Source: Salisapilia sapeloensis CBS 127946 (lineage: Eukaryota > Protista > Oomycota). Taken from it: DNA of 52,866 nt. Below are positions 24,001-34,521 of the stretch, one piece after another; within the stretch, counting starts at the first letter, position 1; every line of letters begins with the position of its first letter. The notes beneath the pieces are model-generated. The model saw only the letters and a program-made list of their open reading frames with translations. It did no database searches and was not told where the DNA came from. Location: NCBI GenBank assembly GCA_023334545.1, contig JAADVB010000125.1:1-52866 (forward strand), read 5' to 3'. The translations under genes were made by a program, and so were the position numbers.

Positions 24001-27000
24001 CAGATATATGCCAAGTTTCCATCTTGAACTCTCGACAGAAGAAGATGATAGTAGCGTCAACAGTAGTGATGGTAGCAGCTCCGAAGATGAGCATCAAATG
24101 CCATCTCCAGCAGCTCAAGAAGAAGTTGAAAGTGTTATTGAGCTATTTTATAGGAAAGGCTCGCTTCAATGGGAGTTGTGTCACGCCACAGACACCTTGT
24201 ATTCGATTAAGCAGCTTCGAAACGCTTTTGCTTTCAACCTAGCAATGTCTAGTGACTTTCCACTGATGCTTATTACTCAATACTCGGTAATTGCCGAAGA
24301 AATGCTGCAGAAGAGTTTTGAAGCCTTATGGAAATCATCACGCCCGAAGAAAATTTCTGCGAATGCAAGAGATGTGGAAGACACAATCCTATCTGCCATG
24401 ACTAGTGGACACGTTCTGTTGCTCATGGATGTCGAACCTTCACACTTCATGCTCAATCATGCGCTTCTCAGCGATGCTATTGCATGGAAAACGAAGAATT
24501 ATGATGGAGACGTATACTTGAAACGTACTGTTAATGATGCTGAAAATGCCCAAGACAACACTATTCTAGTTAACAAATCCTTTCGCCTCATACTCACCTC
24601 TTATATGCGTCTGGATACCTTTGGTGAATTACTTGGTGACATTCCCATTATATCAGCAGATCTGCCAAGCTGCCAAGCCAGTATGGAAATAATGGATAGG
24701 CTTTGGGCTAAAGGCAAAGATATTGCGAGTATGCAAGTTCGCGAAAGTCTAAATTCGTACAGTATTCACGACGCTAAATGGAAAGAGATTTATGCGGAAG
24801 TTGGCTTCAAAGTTGAGGCAGTGAGTATGTCGAAAACATATTCACTGTTAGAGATAGTAGATGTTTGTGAACATTATAAACGACTCGTGGATCTGGAGGT
24901 GGTTTGCACAAGGGAGCGCACTGATATTGAAGTCCAGCTACAATCTTTCGATTCAAAGTTACCGATGGCAAAGCTTGGTCAATCTTTGTTTTGTGGTATG
25001 TCATGCAACTTCCAGACAACCTCGAATGGGGATGAGGGTAGACTCTCCTTTGGAGCATTTTTAGAGCTCTTTGTTTCCACTGTCTCTGATGTATTGGCTG
25101 CATCAAAAGATGACCATGGTGCAGAAACGAATATGCAGCAAGATCATGGTTATGGCATATCTTTAAGTGATAAGCTAGGACTGACATTGCGCAGACGTCG
25201 GTCTAAAGCAGAAAGTATGTCTGCTTTAAAGCTTCAAGTACTGGAAAGGATGCTACGATCCTTGTACTTTCTAGTACACGATTCTGCTCATTGGTGCCAT
25301 CTTTTGCTTTACGTCGTACAAGAACTCGAGCAGAAACCTAGAGGAAGTGTCCTCTTTAACCTCACAGACTTACGTGATGAAATTCGGCTCGAAAAATGTG
25401 CTTCGGAAGGCAAATTGAACGCTGATGAAAGTTATGACGACAGTTTAAGCTTCAGAGCATTGTGTATCTTAAAGCAACTAGAGATCATTCTGGGCAAAAA
25501 AACCTCTTTCAAAATACTTCAGAGCGATGTCAGCGACATGGAACTAATTGCTGCGGTTGTACATGATGACAAGCAGGCATCCGATGAGTTAATAAATCCA
25601 TTGCTGGACGATGTCCAGTCGCGCTGGGAGCGCGTATGCATTGCATTATGCATCCGTCCTACGATCGTGCAACCATTGTGTTTTGAGATACTGTCCGTTC
25701 ATGGAATAAGGCTGCATGATTTGTGCTTCACAATTTCCCAGCTTCCATTGCATGAAGCTATGCAACTCTTCCCTGCTACGATGGCAACTATGCTGGTTTC
25801 AAAGGCTAAAGCAAGTAGCTTTTCATTTGCAGCAAATTTATTCTTTCACACGACTAACTCGAACAACACTCGTCTGCAAATTCTTCACTCACTCCTCTGC
25901 GATGAACAGCTGGGCATAAATGATTATCGGACTTGGTGTGACCACTTGGACATTATTTTGGAAGGAGCAGCCAAGTTGGTGTCCTCCAAGCAGCATATCA
26001 GGGACTTGGATAATGAAAAAGAAAGTTTGCTTCTGTATGATATAAAAGACGTGAAGACTGATGAATCATGGCAAGAGGTCTTTCAGTATGCATCTGAAGG
26101 ATTTGAAGCATTGAGAGAATCTCAAGAAGTTAATTGCGGCTTAGATTCAGCTCCGTTGGAAGGAGAGACGATCAGGCCTGATCTGTCGAGCGAGAAATGT
26201 GGCCGATGCATACTGTTGCACTCTACCGATTGCTCAGCCATTCCAAGTCACTTGCGAGAGCGCATCATATGTGCCCAACTTGAAAGAACACATACGGCTA
26301 TAACCAATTACTTTCAGCGTTGTTTGATGGTATCCATCCTACGACTTGCAACTTGTAGCTCGTTTGCAAGGCATTTCAATGCTCAAGAGAAAGATGTGAG
26401 TAAGTTGGAGCAAATTAGAGGCGGCGAAAACTCGGCATCTGATCGACGTACAGTCTGGTACAGTATAAGTGCTCTTGTGCTCGTACATTCACTGCTCACT
26501 CTTCGAAGAATCGCGTCACCACTTTTGCAAAACCGTTTGGAAGGTTTCAATGAATTTAGTGAATCCGAATCGCTGGTCTTAGCTATTAATGAGCTTATTT
26601 CGACAATGCAAAGCACAAAGTCTGGAGTAAGGAGCGCTTTAAAGATGAAGGAAAGGTTTTTGCATGCCGTTCAAGCGTCCTACGGAGTCAAAGCCAAATC
26701 CGAAACAGAAGCCCGCCTTATCGTACGGCTTGCAGACCAATGCTTCTCTCTCATGACATCAAAACTAAATGCTCGTCCTACTCACCACACCTTTTCACCA
26801 AAATTTCCTATCGTAAAAGCTGATAGCGTCAGTCCGTTGACACAGCGAGTTGCTACCGTGAAGACTGGCAGCATGAACTCATTGACATCAATTCCTCTTC
26901 AACCTTCACCTGCTACTCAACCGCTAAAGCAAAAGCCTCTAGGCATACCTCGACTTGGATCATTTGGCCGTGCATACTCAATTCGAAACCTGCACACACT

Positions 27001-28192
27001 GTCAGCGCTTGACTTTCCGATCGATAGCCTCGAAAATGGACCGGAGACACCAGGTGAATGGCTAGAATTGTGGTGGGCGTACAGCACTTCGATCGATACG
27101 AATCTGGAAAAAAGAGTTCTCAGACTATTTGGTCTCTCTACGGTACAATTATCTCGTGCACGATGGGGTTCAAGCTCATTGGATGAAGAGGAAATGGTGC
27201 ACAAATTCATGTCAAGGGATTACCAGGGAACGGTCAATAGCAAACGTCCGCAAATGGTATACAATGATGTCGTCAAGGTGCTTGAAAGTATCATTGATCA
27301 TGAACTACCAAAGCCATCTATCGGGTCCGTACATGGAAAGTTGGATTCGAGTGAAGTGGAAAGAGCCCACCTACAACAACAGGAGAGGTATAACGGTGAA
27401 GTTTCTCATCTTGAAGCAAGTTTCACGCACTTGCTAAAAGCTCTTCAAGAAGGATACGAAGAAGCGAAGCATCAAATCATTACGAATGACGACACCAATG
27501 GGGATTTCGATGATATCTCTGTTCAACAAATTGCAGCATTTAACAGCCATTACCAAAAGGAACTGAAGGATGTGGAGCGTATACTGCGAAACAGAATCCC
27601 TCTTACAGTCACTACGGAGAAGACGAAATGGATGCAGACAGAATGGAATCTCCAGAACTTGTTGGTATATTATCAGTCGTGGGGCCTTATCTTAAACAAG
27701 CATGAAGAGATGGATACAAGCTATTTCCAATTCTATGCTCCGGCGTACAACTCTCCGTCTTGCTTGAGGCAGTTGATTGATACTGCCAAGCAAGAATATG
27801 CGAGTAAAAATGACATTAACTTGAGCTTATTCGATGTCAGCTATGAACTGCTTGTGCATGAGGGTGAAGAGGATTACGATGGAGTATTTGCACTCGTCCA
27901 TGGATTCTGTCTAGCTGGAGCGACGTGGTCAAGTACCTACCGACGCATAGAGATTGATACGTCGACAACGAGTAACAGTCGAGGGAAACCTGTACAGCTA
28001 GTCTGTCGACTGCTTCCTCAAGACAAAGCTCAACAATCGCATGGAGTCGTGCTGTCACGTATCGAACTTGTGCCTCGAATTTGGCAAAATGAAGACTATA
28101 TTAGCTTTGAGCTTCCGATCGACTCTCAAAGTCTCAAGACCGCTCCTTTCGCGACGTCGTATTTGACATGTGACATACCAGCAAAATACTAA
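12064..28192 (+). CDS. Highly divergent axonemal dynein heavy chain-like protein, 14 predicted exons, ~5,100 aa
   Basis: Exons 12064-12102, 12155-12211, 12276-12339, 12398-12727, 12781-12917, 12974-13164, 13228-13450, 13505-14995, 15071-15319, 15383-15610, 15684-17048, 17114-17335, 17399-21760, 21821-28192 join in one frame via 13 GT-AG introns of 52-75 nt. Recognisable: YNPYDI and YYTISSQG tail motifs, DHC_N2, GPVEIWL, four P-loop remnants, FYVDDLHLP, stalk/MTBD, VHGFCLAGATW C-terminus. The first three exons are least certain. Confidence 0.88.
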
Positions 28193-28414
28193 CACGCTAG
28201 ATTTGCTATGATCGATCATTTTCTTTATTTATTCCAATTAACGTTAATGTTTCCTCGAAACTTCGCGTGGAAACGACAAACAATCGATTAACTATTTGCC
28301 TGATCAAGCACGAAAAGCTCCGAAGCCGGAACGTCCCACCGGAATGTACAGCATAAGGCAAAGTACTAGACGGCAAACATTGGTGGGTGCGCCGACCACT
28401 CGGCATCGAATAGC

Positions 28415-28561
28415 TTAGATGTTCATCGGCTTTGGCATCCGGATCGGCTTTTGGTCCGACGCCAACGGGCTCTTGCCTGGTGATCGAACTTGGCTAGAAG
28501 CTTTCGGTGTCGTCGCCGGTGTCGTCGTGTAGTTATCGTTGTTTTTCGATGTATTTTCCAT
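28415..28561 (-). CDS. Possible 48-aa micro-ORF (MENTSKNNDNYTTTPATTPKASSQVRSPGKSPLASDQKPIRMPKPMNI)
   Basis: ATG-to-TAA ORF in a GC-richer island, with TP/SP-rich protein-like composition, divergent from the 28859 gene. No homology recognised. Confidence 0.25.
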   Translation of the reverse strand: MENTSKNNDNYTTTPATTPKASSQVRSPGKSPLASDQKPIRMPKPMNI

Positions 28562-28858
28562 GTCTTAGCGTTGTTTTTCTTGTCTCTGGAGAAAGTCTGG
28601 AAGCTGGGTGCGCGGTCCGAGGCAAATTCGTAAATGAACTGAACGTCGTCGAGTGGCATGTGTCGATTCACAGTACATGAAGAAAGCGAAAAGAATAGCG
28701 AATATTTGCTAAAACAAAGCTTTTACGATGCTAATCCAAGTATCGAAACTTCAAGAACGTCGGTCTATCGAATCCACAAAAGTTGACATTCAAAACGCAA
28801 AAGTCAACAAACAAACTGCCCATAGGAACACAAAACACAAAAGCATCCAGGTAGAACG

Positions 28859-29419
28859 ATGGAGCAAATTGTGCAAATGCAAGATGATATTCACAAGCTC
28901 AAGAAGATGATGGACGCTGTCTTCGAGAAAATGTACTCCTCTAATACTCTACCGAAGTAGTTGTATGACAAGAGTTGTTGAATCGCGATGTGGTTGCTTG
29001 AATGGTAGTGAACAACACACATCCGACTCGCCATATAGTGCAGCAGACGCATACGGTATCCTTTTCTCAATCATACCTCCATATAGGTGCAGTATCATAA
29101 ATAGTATCTACAGGTGACAAAGATCGGATTGTCGAGATGCTCAACCGCCTCAGCTCCAAAGTACATCTTCTCAATAGCCTACTAGCTCCCTGCTTTCTAA
29201 CAGCCCACTTAGATGGCAGACGCAGACATGTCCAACCTAACGGCTGAGCCACTCAAAGACGCCACTGCAGCTGATATAGCTGTATGTATCTCTTAAATCC
29301 CCATGTTTCTATCATCCTAACACTCTCTCCAGGAGCTTAAACGCAAGATCGAAACGACTGAAACAGAACGACAGCACCTCCATCGTCGAGCCGGTGCGTC
29401 TTTCAAAGGTCTACAGTAA
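28859..29419 (+). CDS. Small 119-aa helical/coiled-coil protein, 5 exons (28859-28932, 28973-29055, 29114-29160, 29213-29281, 29333-29419)
   Basis: Four GT-AG introns (40, 58, 52, 51 nt; CTAAC branch-like motifs in the last two) give one continuous frame: MEQIVQMQDDIHKLKKMMDAVFEKIVVESR...GDKDRIVEMLNRLSSKMADAD...ELKRKIETTETERQHLHRRAGASFKGLQ. Confidence 0.72.
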
Positions 29420-29450
29420 GATACCCAAAGACAAATCCATTTTCGTTTTC

Positions 29451-31286
29451 TTATGCAAACGCAAACTCTTGACTCTCTGGCCAAATGTCTTGCGTCAGCT
29501 CCTGTTCTTCCTGCAGCTCCAGCGCTCTCGAAGCATTCGCAATCACATCCACCTTTTGCTTCTTCGGAGTCGGCTCTGCGTCACTGCTCTCCTGACTTCG
29601 CGAAATGGCTACTTGGGCACACTCTTCATCATACTCGGCTTGCAATTCTTCTGCCAGTTGATCCCAAATACCTTCTCGTTGCAGATAGAACTGCAAGTCT
29701 GCTTCGCTCTGGAACCAGTCTTCCCCCAGCACACTCTTACGTGTCGCGCCTGGCTTGAAGTAGTCGTATTCGAATCGACCTGGCTCATACCGCCATCCAC
29801 GTCGCACTAACATGTTCACAGCGATGCCGTTGGTCAATTGACGTGTCTGAGCTTCCACCAGACTAGCTGATCGCTTGCGTTGGACAGGTTCCTCCACCTT
29901 TTTCTCTATCTTGGCCTTGGGTTTCGTGCTTTTCACGTGTTTCTTGGCAGATTTAGGGGCAGGCTTAGATGCAGGTGTGTCCTGTCCAGACGCAGCGTCC
30001 TCTCTGGTAAAAGTAAACTCAGCAGGTTCATTCTTCATAGCTTCCTTCTTGACAGATTTCTTCTTGAGAGCTTCACGTCGTTTCTTATCGTCCAACCGAC
30101 GTTTAGTGCGTCCAAGATGCTTTTCAAATTCATCTGCTTCCATCTCATGGATCATATCGTCATGCTCTTGCTTGAGCTCTTCCCTCACGCGAGCCCAGAC
30201 TCCAGACTCTTTCAAGTAATTTTCCAACGCGACAGACGATTTAAAGTAGTTTTCACCTTCCTTTTGGTTGGACGTATCGTACGTCGGGGAAAAGTAGTCG
30301 TACTCGAACATACCTGGCTTGTGAGTCCATCCTTCTTCCTGTAGTTTATCATAGACGCGTCCGAATTTACATTCAAACGTTGGACCTTCGTACTTGAAGG
30401 TGGAAATAGCCACTTGATATGGATCCTCGTTATCTGTTTTCTTCGGTGCTTTCTTCTTCGCGTGGATCTTTTTATCCGCACTCGCTGTCTTGTATGGAGG
30501 CGTGATGAGGTCTTTTGTCGAAGCCGGAGATGGTGTATTAAAGATCTTCTTCCTTGCCTTCGACGTAGGTTTCTCTGTCTTTTTACTTAGTTTAGAAAAA
30601 TCGAGCTTCTGACGACCGTCAGCAGAGTCGCCGAGGTCAATGATGATCTTTTCATTCGCTAAACAACGACCGATGGTACACGCGACGCTCGTGAACATCG
30701 TTTCGTTCGGAATGAGTTGCGTAAATGGCGTATTCGGTTGGACAAACACTGTTTCCTGACCGAGCGCCATGGACGTCCAGTGAAAGTATTTTTGAGCAAT
30801 GTGCCATAGTCGATCCCACACTTGACGATCCTTTTCCTCTTGCTCCATCGCTTTCGAAGGATGCTTCGAAGCATCTTCCGCTGAAGTATAGAGGAATTTC
30901 CAACATGCATGCTCCTTACTTTCAAAGGTATTAATGTTCGGACGCAAGTCTTGGAACGTAGTGCCTGGCATGAGGCAGTAGGTAGCATCTGGACTCTCTA
31001 ACAAGTTCCATCCGCGGTTCTGAAGGACTTCCCAGATCAAGTCAAAGGATGTTTCGAATCTCTTTTTCGCCGATAAAGGACCTTCCGGAGACGATTGCAC
31101 CGATGTATTCTCCTTTTCTACCTCCTTTTCCCCTCCCTCTTCTACCACTGGTTCCTCTGCTTCATACTCGACGACTTGTGTGTTGGATAGCTGAATGTCA
31201 TCCATGGCATCCGCTCCAGATGAGACGAAGGCATCTGGATTAAAGTCAATATGTTGTTCAGACGATGGAGTATCTATCTCTGTCAT
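29451..31286 (-). CDS. Uncharacterised 611-aa protein with four GW repeats (possibly MBD/TAM-fold-like)
   Basis: Intact ORF; first ATG at 31286 (the track start at 31397 is TTG). Repeats begin IWEVLQNRGW, LWHIAQKYFHW, VYDKLQEEGW and AVNMLVRRGW, separated by Lys-rich linkers. Confidence 0.85.
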   Translation of the reverse strand: MTEIDTPSSEQHIDFNPDAFVSSGADAMDDIQLSNTQVVEYEAEEPVVEEGGEKEVEKENTSVQSSPEGPLSAKKRFETSFDLIWEVLQNRGWNLLESPDATYCLMPGTTFQDLRPNINTFESKEHACWKFLYTSAEDASKHPSKAMEQEEKDRQVWDRLWHIAQKYFHWTSMALGQETVFVQPNTPFTQLIPNETMFTSVACTIGRCLANEKIIIDLGDSADGRQKLDFSKLSKKTEKPTSKARKKIFNTPSPASTKDLITPPYKTASADKKIHAKKKAPKKTDNEDPYQVAISTFKYEGPTFECKFGRVYDKLQEEGWTHKPGMFEYDYFSPTYDTSNQKEGENYFKSSVALENYLKESGVWARVREELKQEHDDMIHEMEADEFEKHLGRTKRRLDDKKRREALKKKSVKKEAMKNEPAEFTFTREDAASGQDTPASKPAPKSAKKHVKSTKPKAKIEKKVEEPVQRKRSASLVEAQTRQLTNGIAVNMLVRRGWRYEPGRFEYDYFKPGATRKSVLGEDWFQSEADLQFYLQREGIWDQLAEELQAEYDEECAQVAISRSQESSDAEPTPKKQKVDVIANASRALELQEEQELTQDIWPESQEFAFA

Positions 31287-31488
31287 ATTCCCTACTCTTT
31301 CTACACCTCCAAGTACGAGTACACTCGATGTACTCAGCTCTAGAAAATTTAAATGGTGCTCCTCGCGCTTTTTGTCCGCTTTTGTCGTTCCCACCAAACG
31401 ATATGATTCGTAGATATTCTAAAACGTAGAATAAGAGTGGTAGAAATACAGGATAAGAAATGTAACTGATATTAAAAGTGATAAGCTC

Positions 31489-31524
31489 TTCCCGCCAAAA
31501 CGTTGAAAAAGGAAGCGCCAAAAA
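31489..31524 (-). promoter_or_regulatory. Two E2F-type sites in the bidirectional CDC6 promoter
   Basis: Reverse complements read TTTTGGCGGGAA (31489-31500) and TTTTTGGCGC (31515-31524), matching the E2F/DP consensus TTTSSCGS, 27-62 nt upstream of the CDC6 ATG. Confidence 0.7.
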
Positions 31525-31531
31525 CCATTTT
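31525..31531 (+). promoter_or_regulatory. Possible initiator (YCAYTYY-type) element upstream of CDC6
   Basis: CCATTTT fits the oomycete-type INR consensus, 20 nt before the ATG. The motif is short and low-information. Confidence 0.35.
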
Positions 31532-31551
31532 CCGATCGACTTCGAGACACG

Positions 31552-34500
31552 ATGGATGGACCATTGGGTGTATACTGGGTGCGTCTAGAGAATCAAAAGA
31601 TGCCGGTCCCTTGGCCGGCTTGTGTCTATCATAGCTATGACGCTGCGAGACGACATGGACATGACGTCTCGGTCTTCTATATGAACAAACCGGCGCTCGA
31701 ACCCGAAGATCGCGTCGTCTTCTTCTTCGGTCTCGATCCCCTTCACTTGAACAAGGACGATTCGATCAGTCCTAAAAAACAGCTTCTAAGCGCCCACCTC
31801 ACTTCGATCCATAAAACACCCTTCGAAGGCTCGTCGACCTTGCGGTCGATCGCCAAGACCATGGGCTTGTCTCGTCCGAACTTGGCGATGGCTGAGGACG
31901 ATGTTGAGCTTGAAGAAGCATGCAGACAAGCGAGTGACTTTTTACGACTGGAGAGTGATGACGCTGCAAGGGAATTCTTCTCGGCCTTAATGCTCCATTC
32001 GATTAATCAAGTGGAGGAGAATGCGTCTCAAGCCAGTGAAGAAGAGGCCAAGGAAGACGAAGAGCACACAAACGAAAATACAGAGCTATCTAGTCAGAAG
32101 ACTCAGCCGATCGAGACTGCATCAGCTCCAGCCTCTGAACCCACCGGTGGATTATCTATCCACATTCAAGACGAATGCTGGAAGAAGATGCAAGACGCTG
32201 GATGGAACACGATGGTGCTTTCTGGACAAGAGTTATTTAAAAAGCCTGGCGTCGGTTTTGGAAGCATGCAGCCTGGTATTAATATCTTCGACAACCTAAT
32301 GGACGCCTGCGCCATCTTTGTCTGTGAGCAACTGCAGAGCGAAAACGCTGATCCAGACCTCGTGTCCATGTTCTGGACGATGCTAGAGCAACAAGGATGG
32401 CAGACGATGTTTCTAAGCGGATCCCCTGTCTACGCCATGCCGAAAGTTAGCTTCGTGACCATGTTTCCTGATGTCAATCTCTTTAAAACGAAGCTAGAAG
32501 CCATCTCTAAGTACTTCAACAACAATGGTATGCTCCAAAGTAAACAGAAAGCAGTCGCCAAACCGAAACCCAAGTCTAAGTCGTCTTCAAATCTGTTTAA
32601 AAAGCCAAAAGAGCATGAAAGGAAAGAACCAACGTATCACCCAAGAGCTAGATCGACGAACAAACGCACGACAAATGTTCCGCATCGATATGACACGGGT
32701 GAAAAGCCCCGATCGAAACGTTCAACGGACGATTTAAAGCCTGGCGTGTTGGAAAAAGCTTTATTGGATCAAGGATGGTTCTATAAAGCTGGCAGCGTGG
32801 GTGGATCCTACACATACTACCGCCCGCACTGCAAAGGTGTCGACATCGAACGTCTGCAGTTCGGTCGTGATTACTACAGTAACCTCGAAGCAGTTGAGAT
32901 GGCTCTAAAAGCCAGTGGCGAGTACTATCCGCTAAAGGAAAAAGCACGAGCACCAATCACTACCACTGTGAAAGCATCTAAACCACAGCCAAAGAAAGTT
33001 GTACGAAAGCCCAAGGCTGAAACGAAGAAGCGAAAGATTAGCGAATCGGAGTTTGAGGATGAAGCAGACTGTATGGAATCGGAAGAGATGGTCACTCCGG
33101 AACCAAAAGAGCGTTTCACGAAGAAACGTAAGGCTTTATCTAACATCTCCAACGTCCGCGACGACATCTCTCCTGATACGGAGAAACCAAAGACACCTTC
33201 TATTCTGAAGAAACCAGCTCCATCTCGAAGTATCGCGACGAACTTTTCTCCAGACGTACATGACACACAACCACTCGAATCGACGGATTTAAACCAACTA
33301 CTAAAAGACGTGATGCCGAGACTGTCGACTGGTTTCATCCCGTCAGCATTTAATTATCGCAAGCAAGAGTGGAGTCAAATCGAAACGTTCCTTCGAGACT
33401 GTTTCCGACACACACAAGGTGCGAGTTTATACCTCTCTGGCGCTCCTGGGAGTGGTAAATCCGCGCTACTTTCGTCGGAAATGAATAATATCAAGGACAT
33501 GTACTATAACGAGACGAAAGACCGATCGGACGTGCCTACCTTTAAGAGTCTACACGTCAACGCCGTGACTTTGAAAGGTACATCTGCTCTATTTCAAACA
33601 GCAGCGAAAGAGCTGACGGGAGACACCTACACGTCTGGCGAGAAAGCATTGGAAGCGTTGGAACGAGCGACAGACATACAGTCGAGTAACGCTTCCATGC
33701 TGCTGTTGGTCATTGATGAAATCGACTTTTTATTGACACACAAGACGTGGGAAGGAGACTTGCTGCGTCTCTTTGAACTCGCACATCGACGCAACCATAG
33801 CCTCCTACTCGTTGGTGTCGCAAATCAAGTAGATTTCGCTGAAAGACATCTCGCGAGCTTACGCAAGCAGATGCCTCAATGCTCTCCTGCAACCGTTGTC
33901 TTCACTCCGTACTCGTTCATGTCGATCCAGAACATCTTGATCGATCGATTAGGCGGACGATCGGCGGCACAGAGACTGCTGGACATGAATGGACTAGCTT
34001 TCCTCGCTCGAAAAGTCTGCTCGACATCTGGAGACGTTCGACTTGCTCTCGACATTTGCCGCCGACTCTTGTCCAACGTCAATCAAGATAAGGAGAATGC
34101 GTTGAAGAAGAAAGGCCCGGTGGTTGGATTGAGTAAAGTGATTTCTGTCGTGAAACAGAGTCTGGATGCAGGTAGCTCGCATGTTGTCGAGTCCTTGCCT
34201 CGGAATCTAAAGCTTGTGCTTCTGGCATGCACTCGAGCGATGACGAGTGGCGGGAAAGATGATTCTGCGCGGTTGATTCCGACGAATGCATTGTACTCGA
34301 CGTATTCGGAGAATTTAGGCTCAGCAGGTGTCTCGAAGCGCATGAGTTCGCGAGAGTTTGCACAGAGCTTAGAGACGTTGGCGTCGAATGGGTTGCTTAG
34401 CTACAATGTAAAGAAGGGAGATACGGTCAAGCTGCTTTTCCGAACGAGTGATGTGCTGCAGACCTTGAGACGAGATGAGTTTATTGCAAGAGTCATGTAG
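31552..34500 (+). CDS. CDC6: Cell division control protein 6 (replication-licensing AAA+ ATPase) with extended N-terminus (PWWP-like domain plus three GW repeats), 982 aa
   Basis: SLYLSGAPGSGKS (Walker A, 33439-33462), LLLVIDEIDFLL (Walker B), LVGVANQVD, VFTPYS, FLARKVCSTSGDVRLALDICRR and a C-terminal winged-helix-like region. These match Cdc6 (SLYLSGAPGTGKT, ARKVSAVSGDVRKALDVCRR) better than Orc1. Confidence 0.9.
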   Translation: MDGPLGVYWVRLENQKMPVPWPACVYHSYDAARRHGHDVSVFYMNKPALEPEDRVVFFFGLDPLHLNKDDSISPKKQLLSAHLTSIHKTPFEGSSTLRSIAKTMGLSRPNLAMAEDDVELEEACRQASDFLRLESDDAAREFFSALMLHSINQVEENASQASEEEAKEDEEHTNENTELSSQKTQPIETASAPASEPTGGLSIHIQDECWKKMQDAGWNTMVLSGQELFKKPGVGFGSMQPGINIFDNLMDACAIFVCEQLQSENADPDLVSMFWTMLEQQGWQTMFLSGSPVYAMPKVSFVTMFPDVNLFKTKLEAISKYFNNNGMLQSKQKAVAKPKPKSKSSSNLFKKPKEHERKEPTYHPRARSTNKRTTNVPHRYDTGEKPRSKRSTDDLKPGVLEKALLDQGWFYKAGSVGGSYTYYRPHCKGVDIERLQFGRDYYSNLEAVEMALKASGEYYPLKEKARAPITTTVKASKPQPKKVVRKPKAETKKRKISESEFEDEADCMESEEMVTPEPKERFTKKRKALSNISNVRDDISPDTEKPKTPSILKKPAPSRSIATNFSPDVHDTQPLESTDLNQLLKDVMPRLSTGFIPSAFNYRKQEWSQIETFLRDCFRHTQGASLYLSGAPGSGKSALLSSEMNNIKDMYYNETKDRSDVPTFKSLHVNAVTLKGTSALFQTAAKELTGDTYTSGEKALEALERATDIQSSNASMLLLVIDEIDFLLTHKTWEGDLLRLFELAHRRNHSLLLVGVANQVDFAERHLASLRKQMPQCSPATVVFTPYSFMSIQNILIDRLGGRSAAQRLLDMNGLAFLARKVCSTSGDVRLALDICRRLLSNVNQDKENALKKKGPVVGLSKVISVVKQSLDAGSSHVVESLPRNLKLVLLACTRAMTSGGKDDSARLIPTNALYSTYSENLGSAGVSKRMSSREFAQSLETLASNGLLSYNVKKGDTVKLLFRTSDVLQTLRRDEFIARVM

Positions 34501-34521
34501 ACGATTTAATATCATGGAGAT

